A stretch of 64,000 nt of DNA from Octopus vulgaris (Eukaryota). Every line of letters begins with the position of its first letter. The first letter of the stretch is position 1. The translations under genes and the position numbers were made by a program. The notes under the pieces were generated by a model. The model saw only the letters and a list, made by a program, of their open reading frames with translations, searched no databases and was not told the origin of the DNA. Shown here piece after piece: positions 39,025-49,530 of the stretch. The stretch lies in contig OX597817.1 of NCBI GenBank assembly GCA_951406725.2, positions 52,266,001 through 52,330,000 on the forward strand. The letters run 5' to 3'.

Positions 39025-39853
39025 ACGTGGTCTGATCAATAAGCATTCAGACTGTTGCTATAGTAACGAAACTAAAGCATAGAAAGTGAAGCCGCTTAAC
39101 ACAAATTGACCTCAAACTCTTCTGTGCAGGTGTACTAAGTTTTAACATTCTAGCTCAATTCTGCTGTTTACAGCAATGCTTGGAAGGAAGGTGTGTAGCA
39201 TGTGATTGTTGCATTGATCATGACAGAGCAGAAAATCTGCAACAAAATTTGGCCAAAAGCTTGGTGATACCTACTCAGAGGCCTAAGCAAAATTTTCAAA
39301 AAGTTTTCATCTTTCTTGACACAGTCAAGGAGTTCTTTGTGCAACTGAAACCCAAGTGTCTTTTTTGGTCAGCTGAAGGCAGTTTTGACAGTCACGCATC
39401 TCATACCCAAATCTTCAGCGATAATGGACTGAACTGAACGATAATTAATCTGCACATCCTCTGATAACTCACGGAGGGTGATTTGATGATTTCTTCTAAC
39501 AGCTGCATGCACATCTGTGGTGTTTTCCTTAGTTCTGCTGGTTGCAGGTCTCCCAGAAAGTCTGTCAAGATCAGCATTTTTTTCGGCCTTCTTGGTAACG
39601 TCTGAACCATATGTACATTCGTGTGCAGCTCATACACTCCTCTCCATACACTTTCTGCAACTTTGCATAGGCCTCTGTCATGGTCAATGCGATGATCACA
39701 TGCTACACATGTTCTTTCCAAGCACTGCTGTAAACAGCGAAAGTGAGCTAGAATGTTAAAACTTTGTGCACATGCACAACTTTGTGCACATGCCTAGTGG
39801 CTTCATTCTGTGTGTTTTAGCTTCATTACTATGGCAACAGTCTAGATACTTAT
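39025..39853. mobile_element. Foldback element made of two inverted mariner-like 5' ends
   Basis: 39035-39260 is the reverse complement of 39650-39853 (e.g. aacattctagctca..tgtttacagcaatgcttggaa vs ttccaagcactgctgtaaacag..tgagctagaatgtt). Confidence 0.65.
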
Positions 39854-39868
39854 ATATATATGTATATA

Positions 39869-40245
39869 CTAGCAGTATCGCCCGGCATTGCTTGGGTTTG
39901 TTTCAACCCTTTAGAATTGGAATTTTTGAAAAGTAAAAAAATTTGCATTATGTAGCTTGTTATTCTCTTTAAGTGAACATTTTTCTGGTTGAGATACACC
40001 GAAAAATGGCGACACAGCAGTAAAAAAATCGTAAAAAATAGGGATTTTCATAGTAAAAAAGCACCTTTTTGATGTAAATAATTTTTGGTGTTAACATGGT
40101 CTGATTTGAATTTTTTTCTTCTACGGAAGGAAGGGCAAACCTTCTTCTATCATACTCTCAATTTTGGTCAACTTGTGCTGCAGGGTCTTGGAGGAGATAG
40201 TGTTAGTTGAAGGCTACCAAACCTGCCACACACAGACAACTTCAG

Positions 40246-40255
<10 letters not shown>
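39869..40255 (-). mobile_element. Non-autonomous Helitron, same family; RTE inserted at its 5' (TA)n end
   Basis: CTAG end at 39869-39872 with hairpin cccggcattgcttggg. Confidence 0.8.
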
Positions 40256-40276
<21 letters not shown>

Positions 40277-40279
<3 letters not shown>

Positions 40280-41334
40280 CCAAGTCAGTAGTGGGGGTGG
40301 GTGTGCTGAAAGTGTAACTGCTAGAATAAGAATAGCCTGGGCAAAGTTTAGGGAGCTCTTACCTCTGCTGGTGACTAAAGGCCTCTCGCTCAGAGTAAAA
40401 GGCAGACTGTATGATGCATGTGTACGAACAGCCATGCTACATGGCAGTGAAACATGGGTCGTGACTGCTGAGGACATGCGTAAGCTCGTGAGGAATGAAG
40501 CCAGTATGCTCCGATGAATGTGTAATGTCAGTGTACATACTCGACAGAGCGTTAGTACCTTGAGAGAAATGTTGTACCTAAGAAGCATCAGTTGTGGTGT
40601 GCAAGAGAGACGATTGCACTGGTATGGTCATGTGGCGAGAATGGATGAAGATAGGTGTGTGAGAAAGTGCCAATCCCTAGCAGTTGAGGGAACCCATGGA
40701 AGAGGTAGACCCAGCAAAACCTGGGACGAGGTGGTGAAGTATGACCTTCGAACTTTAGGCCTCACTGAGGAAATGACCAGCGACCGAGACCTTTGGAAAT
40801 ATGCTGTACGTGAGAAGACCAGGCAGGACAAGTGAGCCCAGCCCACTTATGCATGCCTTTCCTCCCTTGGACACAAAGACCTGTTGAGGCAAGTGAAGTC
40901 GATATAGAACCTCATCCGACGACAGGCACCCATGCCAACCCCCTTTGCTTGTGAAGACATGTTGGGGCAAGCGAAATCGAAATCGAATTGAACTAGCCAG
41001 GATCCCTGGTCTGGTGGTACGTAAAAAGCACTATCTGACTCGTGGCCGATGCCAGTGCCACCTCGACTGGCTTCCGTGCCGGTGGCACGTAAAATACGCC
41101 AATCCGACTGTGGCCGTTGCCAGCCTCGCCTGGCACCTGTGCAGGTGGCACGTAAAAAGCATCCACTACACTCACGGAGTGGTTGGCGTTAGGAAGGGCA
41201 TCCAGCTGTAGAAACATTGCCAGATAAGACTGGAGCCTGGTGCAGCCTTCTGGCTTCCCAGATCCCCGGTCGAACCATCCAACCTATGCTAGCATGGAGA
41301 ACGGGCGTTAAACGATGATGATGATGATGATGAT
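40277..41334 (+). mobile_element. 5'-truncated RTE LINE, closely related to 22074-23416
   Basis: DQVSSGGGCAESVTARIR..., internal stop at 40515-40517, shared diagnostic MLYLRS and RCVRKCQSL; (TA)n flanks. Confidence 0.92.
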
Positions 41335-41346
41335 ATATATATATAC

Positions 41347-42788
41347 TAGCAGACATACCCGACGCTGCTCAGGACTCAAATAACATAGTTTGTATATAAT
41401 GTACAGTTAAGTTGAAACATGTGATATGGGGAAGCGCAGCATTGACGACAAAACATTTGTGGGGTAAATGAAGAGCTAATTCGACTAAGTGATATGTCAT
41501 GCATCTGTTTGAAAGATTCTAAGCCCTAACTTTGTCATGGAAAAGTGGGTGGTGGGTATGTAATTTCTGAATGCGCCAAAAAGCTCTCAGTAGATATACT
41601 CTCCTTTGCGGCTGTCAGCACTGCCGCTACCATGCTGAATAATCAGCAGACATAGGAACTACATGTATATGATAACAGCACTACATGAAGGAAATATACA
41701 TGAAAGAAATGACATGGTAAGGTGGAGGATTGACAAGGAAGCACATGAAAACACCACTGCCATGTGATACTTCGGTTTGGAATCAATAGTCATGGCTCAA
41801 CTGTGCACTCCTTTGCATAAACAGTATGCGACCATTGTAAGGACAACTCAGCTCCCAAACAAAAACAATTCTGTATGCAGCCTCCAGGTATGTACGGTCA
41901 CATTAAGGACATCATCTCTAACTAACATGGTTGGGTCTTAGACATCATAAATTACTAGTTTAATGTATATGCGATATTTTGGTTTGTAATCAATAGCTCT
42001 TTTACTTGTTTCAGTCATTTGACTGCAGCCACACTGGAGCACCGCTTTTAGTTGAGCAAATCGCCACCAGGTCTTATTCTTTGTAAGCCTAGTAGTTATT
42101 CTATCAGTCTCTTTCGCTGAACCGCTAAGTTACAGGGATGTAAACACACCAGCATCGGTTGTCAAGCGATGTTGCGGGGACAAACACAGACACACAACCA
42201 CACACACACACATACATATATATGACGGGCTTCTTTCAGTTTCCGTCTACCAAATGCACTCACAAGGCTTTGGTCAGCCCGAGGCTATAGTAGAAGACAC
42301 GGGCTTCATCTATGCTTAGAAGAAAGACTTTGATACTGAAGCTAAAAGAAAATAGTTGATTAGTTGTTCAAGATTTAACATATTTTAGCATATTTTTCAT
42401 AATAAACATAGTGCGTTCCAAACGGTTTTTATTCCAACAAATTGCTACCTATGGTACAACGAGAACAGGTTATTATTGCTACCACTTAAACAATGCAGTT
42501 TAAAGTCTACATAGGTTCATCCATTTAATACAACCTTCTTATATCATTTCACTGGCTGTTTTTTCCAGTTTGAACTGAAATATTGCATGGACCATGCATG
42601 CATTCATACATACCTCAAGAAAGGGAGTTTCTGTTCCCAGGGTCCCCATTACTCATTATGTGAAACATTTTAAGAGTCTAAAATCATCTCTGGAACTTAA
42701 GTAATGTATGTTCCCAGTTTGGAGAAAATCAGTTGCAAACTTCAGAAGTTCTGCAGGTTTACACACACATATCCTCAGTTTTATATAT
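41347..42788 (-). mobile_element. Second Helitron family copy containing a SINE insertion
   Basis: CTAG end with hairpin cccgacgctgctcagg; the other end matches the 23534 Helitron 5' start. Confidence 0.55.
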
Positions 42789-43291
42789 CTCTTTTACTCA
42801 TTTACTTGTTTCAGTCATTTGACTGTGGCCATGCTGGAGTACTGCCTTTAGTTGAGCAATCGACCCCAGGTCTTATTCTTTGTAAGTCTAGTACTTATTC
42901 TATCGGTCTCTTTCGTCAAACCGCTAAGTTACGGGGACGTAAACACACCAGCATCGGTTATCAAGCGATGTTGGGGGAACAAACACAGACACAAAAACAT
43001 ATACACACATACATACATATATATATACACACACATACGACGGGCTTCTTTCAGTTTCCGTTTACCAAATCCACTCACAAGGCTTTGGTTGGCCCGGGGC
43101 TATAGTAGATAGTAAAAAGCACCCACTACACTCCCGGAGTGGTTGGCGTTAGGAAGGGCATCCAGCTGTAGAAACTCTGCCAGATCAGACTGGAGCCTGG
43201 AGCAGCCCCTGACTTCCCAGACCCCGGTCGAACCGTCCAACCCATGCTAGCGCGGAAAACGGACGTTAAACGATGATGATGATGATGATGA

Positions 43292-43328
<37 letters not shown>

Positions 43329-43346
43329 GAGAAAGGGAGAGATTTT

Positions 43347-43377
<31 letters not shown>

Positions 43378-43978
43378 CTTACACGCGTGCACACACACAC
43401 ACACACATACATACATATTTAATTTGCCACATGAACACATACCCAACCAAATTTACAATCAATGATCATTGATTTTTTTTTCTTATTGACTTCATTTTTT
43501 TTAGCCTTTTACCTTTCTTTCCGTCTGTATCTCTCCACCACCACCACCACCACCACTGCCATCATCATCATCAACATCATCATCAACATCATCATCAACA
43601 TCATCATCATCGTCATCATCGTCATGATTGTTGCTATGTCCCATGGCAGCCAAGACAATTACGTTTGTGTCAAAGCTGGTTGTGTAAAAGATCAATTCTT
43701 TATCAAGAAAGCTGATACCAAACCTCTGTTTCCAATCACATCCTTGCCACCTGTTACATCCAGCCACGCAGACGATGCCCTACCCAGTCTTTGTTCATAG
43801 GCTTAATCTACCCATGTCCACCTCTTCATTTACGTATACATAAGTGTACACATAAACACGCATACACATATACACATATACAGATAAATACATATACACA
43901 CAGATGCAGATATATACATTGAGATTTTTTTATACATTTACATATACATATATACACATCGTTATGTGTGTGTATATA

Positions 43979-44062
<84 letters not shown>

Positions 44063-44789
44063 CATACACATGTATATAGACATATACATATGCATTAAAA
44101 TATATAATTGTGTGGATATATGTACATACTGTATGCATACATACATATGCATATACATATACATACACACACATGTTTATTTAAATACAGAGATCCACAT
44201 ATCCACACACATACATACATATACATATGTACACATACACACACATATACATGTACATACATACATGCACACACACACACACATACACATGTCATATATG
44301 AACAGACACATTCACACAAATTTTAAACAGAAATACATTCATACCCACACATACATACACAGGTACACACATACGCACACATATACATGTCTCTCTCTCT
44401 TACTTACGCACCCACATACACACAGATGCCCACATGTCACTATGAGTCTATGATACACGCATAGGCTCTTAGATATACATACATATACATACACACATTT
44501 CTATAACTTAGTATCCCTTTTACGTGGCGAAATTATTTCACTTACTCATACACTTGCAGAATTCAAAGAACAAGATGAGACAAAGCAAAAGATTCTTTTG
44601 TATATCGTCATAAATATAAATATCTTTTAGTCACAATATCACATTAGATCTACACCATACTATATAAACACAATATTTATACATATATATACATATATTT
44701 ATATATATACTACATCTATTGTATAATACATACACAAAGAACTATCAGCTATATATATAAATATATAATTTACTAATAATATATATAAT

Positions 44790-44821
<32 letters not shown>

Positions 44822-45039
44822 TTTCTTTTTTTTAGATATAATATATATATAATTCTATAATAATTCTATAATATATATAATATATATATAATAATAATAT
44901 ATTCATTTCATTATTATTATTATTATATAATATAATATAATACTATATATTAATTTGTAGAATATTATAACTAAATATTTGCAATAAAAAAGAAAAAAAG
45001 ACATCAAAAACAAAGTGTACAACAGCAATAAGAACAACA

Positions 45040-45214
45040 ATGGGTTTTGCACAATTTCTAAAGGTTTGCCTTTTTGTCATGTTTAATATAAACTGCTCCC
45101 TTGTTTATGCTCGAATAAGTTTTCAAAAGGACCAAAGGATGGACTATGTGTTTCCCCCACTGATTGAGAAATCTGTTGATTCTAGAATTCCTGAAGGACA
45201 TCTAAGACCACTCG
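45040..45214 (+). CDS. Secreted JmjC/Cupin_8 protein, exon 1 (signal peptide)
   Basis: MGFAQFLKVCLFVMFNINCSLVYA-RISF...PEGHLRPL; donor G|gtaaga, phase 1. Confidence 0.85.
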
Positions 45215-45514
45215 GTAAGAAGATATCTTCTTTGAGTTTTGAATGAATGAATTTTAAAGCTCATAAATTAGTATTAATTAATCAAATAATTAATTAATTA
45301 ATGCAATTATTTATTTGTTATTTGCTCATTCTTATTTTTTTTACTCTGTATATTATTTTCATTTTTGTCTAAATCTCCTTCTTGATTTTTAAGTACCTGT
45401 TTAGCCCTTATCGTGAAAACCTATGACCAAATACATTCTGGCCTCAGTCGTCACTTTTCGCTGAATTTCATCTGTATTTACGTTCTGAGTCCAAATTCTG
45501 CCAAAGTCAATTTA

Positions 45515-45851
45515 TAAAAGAGGCAGAGTAGAATATGGGAGCCAGTATTAAGAAAAGATACAAAAGTAATAGGTTTATAAGCCCTACAATTCACTCTATA
45601 ATTGCCCATAGGCATATAGCATAGTGGTTAAGAGTGCGGGCTACTAACCCTAAAATTCCAGGTTCAATCCCAGAATAAATAAAAATAATAATAAAGAAAT
45701 TATTGTCTACAGTGCTCAGGTGCACTACAACTTGTCAAAAGTGCATATAAAGCATATGTACATTAATAACATCAGCAAAAATACCGTAGGAATGAGAACA
45801 GAGTACCCCAGTTGGACACCTGATGAAGGCTGGAGAGTACATCAGCCGAAA
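45515..45851 (+). mobile_element. tRNA-head plus hammerhead element, interrupted by a CR1 3' fragment and truncated after GAAA
   Basis: tRNA-like 45610-45673 (TAGCATAGTGG, GGTTCAATCC); acac-CTGATGA-aggctg..cagcc-GAAA at 45816-45851; homologous to 58390-58705. Confidence 0.7.
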
Positions 45852-46209
45852 GGTGAATATTGTACAAATGGAAATCGTAGTTAAGATACCCATGCCGGTG
45901 ATACGTAAAAAGCACCATCCGAACGTGGCAGATGCCAGTGTCGGTGACACGTAAAAGCACCAACCGATCGTGGCCATTTGTCAGCCTCCTCTGCCGGTGG
46001 CACGTAAAAAGCACCCACTACACTCATGGGGTGGTTGGTGTTAGGAAGGGCATCCAGTTGTAGAAACACTGCCAGATCAGACTGGAGCCTGGTACAGCCC
46101 CTGGCTTCCCAGACCCCGGTCGAACCGTCTAACCCATGCTAGTATGGAAAACGGACGTTAAACGATGATGATGATGATGATGATGAATTCTTCATTTCTA
46201 AAATATAGA

Positions 46210-46777
46210 ACAGTAAATCAACTTTGTCTTTCATCCTCTCTGGTCAGTGAAATAAAGACCAGTCTAGCACTAGGGTCGATGTAATCAACTAGTAGCCCCT
46301 CATTCTACCAAAATAGAAAGGATTATTATTATCATTATTGTAAAAGCAATTAAGGTGATGAGCTGGCAGATTTGTTAGCAGGCCAGGTAAAATGCTTACT
46401 AGCAGGCTTTACATTCTGAGTTCAAATTCTGCTGGGGTCAGTTTCACCTTTTATCCTTTCAGGGTGGATAAAATAAGTACCAGTTGAACACTGGGGTCGA
46501 TGTAATCGTCTCATCCCCCTTCCCCCAAAGTTGCTGCCCTTGTGGCAAAATTTGAAACCATTATTGTTAAAGCGATTGGCTGACAGAATTGTTAGCACAG
46601 CAGACAAAATGCTTTGCAGCATTTTGACCGTCTTTCCATTCCAAGGTTAACTTTGCTTTTCGTCAGGGTAGATAAATTAAGTACCAGCTATACACTGTGG
46701 TCAATAAAATTGACTAGACCCTCCTCCAATTTCAGGCCTTGTACCTATAGTGAAAAGTATTATCATCATCATCATCA

Positions 46778-46835
<58 letters not shown>

Positions 46836-47548
46836 CATTATTATTATTAAGGTGGTGAGGTGACAGAATCATTAGCATGATGGACAAAATGCTTGGCAGT
46901 ATTTCACCTGTCGCTGCATTCTGAGTTCAAATTCCGCTGAGATCGACCTTACCTTCCATCCTTTCAGGGTCAGTAAATGAAGTACCAGTGAAACACTGGG
47001 GTCGATGCAATCGACTAGTCTCCTTCCCCAAAATTTCAAGGCCTTGTACCTATAGTAGAAAGGATTATTAATATTATTATTATTATTATTAAGGCGGTGA
47101 GGTGGCAGAATCATTAGTATGCTGGAGGAAATGCTTAGCAGTATTTCGTCTGTCTTAATGTTCTGAGTTCAAATTCTGCTGAGGTCGACTTTGCCTTTCA
47201 GCCTTTCAGGGTTAATTAAATAAGTACCAGTTACACCCTGGGGTTGATGTAATCGACTTAATCCCTTCCCCCAAACTTGAGGCCTTGTGCTTCCAGTAGA
47301 AAGGATTATTATTATTGTTGTTGTTGCTATTAAGGTGGTGAGGTGTCAGAATCGTTAGCACACCAAGCAAAATGCTTAGCAGCCTTTTGTCAATCTTTAT
47401 GTTATGGGTTCAAATTCAATCAGGGTTGACTTTGCCTTTCATTCTTTCAGGGTCGATAAAATAAGTACCAGTTGAGCACTGGGGTTGATTTAATCAAATT
47501 AGCCCCTCCCCACAAATTGCTGGAATTATGCCTATGATGGAAAGGATC
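46210..47548 (+). repeat. Head-to-tail array of about six family-B SINEs separated by (ATT)n
   Basis: Units start aagg(c/t)ggtgag(c/g)tggcagaa near 46351, 46569, 46849, 47091 and 47332; most end tagaaaggattattatt. Confidence 0.85.
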
Positions 47549-47554
47549 ATTATA

Positions 47555-47587
<33 letters not shown>

Positions 47588-47929
47588 GAGTGAGAGAGCA
47601 GTGCATGCCATCAAAGTTACACTGGGGTACAAATATACGAAGTCCAATATACCCATCATGATGACCCATCTGATAAGAGTACACCAGGCACATATATCAC
47701 AACCATATGTGCGTGACATTGTGATCTCATATCAAGATAAATAGCACATGATCTTCATGTGGGGGTCCACTTAGTATTTTCTCCAGGTTGAGTAGCCCAT
47801 CCCACTCAAACGGTCCCTGAATTAGGATTGTTTAAGGATTTTGAACGAACCACACATGTTTCCAAAGGTAAATTATCTAAACCTCCAAGAATTCCTTTCA
47901 ACACACGGCTATGATGCTCCCCCAATACA

Positions 47930-48250
47930 GTTCCATTGGACTCTCTATTCCAATTTTCTTTATATTTCCCTTGATACCTTCTGATACTGTTCCCAAGGAC
48001 CCAGCAATAATTGGCACTATCTTCACCTTCTTCATATTTCATACTTAAGAGGGTTGTATTTATCTATTTTTTTGCCTTCCTTCTTGATTATTTGTGGGTC
48101 AGAGGAACATACAACATCAACTATATAGCATATGTGGTGCTCCTTGTTCACCAGGTCCAGTCTGCTATGCTCTAGCACCTGATCTGTTTGGATTGGGAAA
48201 TCCCAGAGGATTTTGCTAGTCTCCAACTCTGCCACTCTCTGCGGTTAGTG
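47930..48250 (-). mobile_element. RLE-type (R4/Dong-like) LINE fragment
   Basis: KILWDFPIQTDQVLEHSRLDLV..YIVDV..KKIDKYNPLKYEI and VPIIAGSLGTV. Confidence 0.75.
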
Positions 48251-49040
48251 CTCTGACAGAATTGTTAGCATGTTAGACAAAATACTTAGTAAAAAACATT
48301 TCATTTAATTTTTCCACAATTTAATTTTTTTTCATGCTTTACTCTAAGCTGAAAAAGTTGCAAAGACTGAAACCGGTACTAAAATGTTCTTCATGATAAA
48401 ATTATTTTAGCATTTTCTACCTTGTCTTATTTTCCTTATTTTCCTTATATGGCATCCAGCTGTAGAAACATTGCCAGATAAGACTGGAGCCTGGTGCAGC
48501 CTTCTGGCTTCCCAGATCCCTGGTCGAACCGTCCAACCCATGCTAGCATGGAGAACGGACGTTAAACGATGATGATGATGATGATGATATATGTATAGAT
48601 AAATATAAAGGAATACAAAAAATGGGACAAGAATGCAAAACATCCAAACAATTAGATGATACAAAAAAGGGAAAAAAAAAAAAAACAAAGACGGGTAATT
48701 TGGAGTTTTTTTTTCTTAGTCAAATTCCAGATTATCTTTGCAATTTCAGCTGGTTATACTCAAGATTGCTCCAATCTGGCTAGCCACAAGAAAAAAACTA
48801 AGCTAAGAGCACTAGATTCCTTGGGAAAAAGCAGCAAATGTATATGAAAACAAGGATGGAAAAAAATATGGAGAAATGGTACACAAATACAAATGCAAAC
48901 AACAGGACATTAACTACAGGTGTCTTTCGACTAAGGACGAATTAAATTAAGCTGGTGTGTGTAGAAGTAAAGCCTTATGGCAGCATACATATAATTATAT
49001 TGCATACATATATGACAATGTTTTTAATCATATTTTCTAG

Positions 49041-49206
49041 GGTTTCAGCGACATCCTGATGGCAAAGTACAAGAAACAAAAGGAATGCCCAGTCCGGAAT
49101 CATTCTACAAATATATTCAAGACAACCAGCCTGTAATGATGTCAGGAGCAATGAAGAATGTCCCAATAGCTAAAACATGGGAAAAAGATGATTACTTAAA
49201 GGAAAA
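49041..49206 (+). CDS. Secreted JmjC/Cupin_8 protein, exon 2
   Basis: tattttctag|...|gtaagt, phase 1-2; GFQRHPDGKVQETKGMPSPESFYKYIQDNQPVMMSGAMKNVPIAKTWEKDDYLKEK, a typical Cupin_8 N-terminus. Confidence 0.92.
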
Positions 49207-49530
49207 GTAAGTGACCGTTTTCTTTCAAAATTTTCCAAGATGATGAGAGGTCTTGGATCTGATACAATGGACATGTGGTTAGATTGATGCAGGAACGAAT
49301 CACAAGACAAATTCTTCAAGTCAAGCTAATTGCCAAAGGACCTAGTAGTAGACCCAGAACAAGATGGTTGGATGATATCTATAGCATGGGCCGCCTACAT
49401 GCAGGTCACTGACTACGTGCTTCCAACCTGTCAGGTCTGCATGCTTTATCACCTTCCCATCCCTGCAGGACTTTTGTAAAAAATAAAATAAATATACACT
49501 AAAAATAGATAAATATATACTAAAAATAAA

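Noticed and set aside
43501-43800. Poly-D/poly-G and poly-I/T ORFs
   Set aside because: Derived from (CAT)n/(CAC)n repeats; no phase-compatible exon pairing.
45610-45673. Functional tRNA gene (also 58494-58555)
   Set aside because: T-stem and acceptor stem do not pair; treated as a tRNA-derived head.
46210-47548. CRISPR-like array
   Set aside because: Eukaryotic SINE units with microsatellite spacers; no unique spacers or cas genes.
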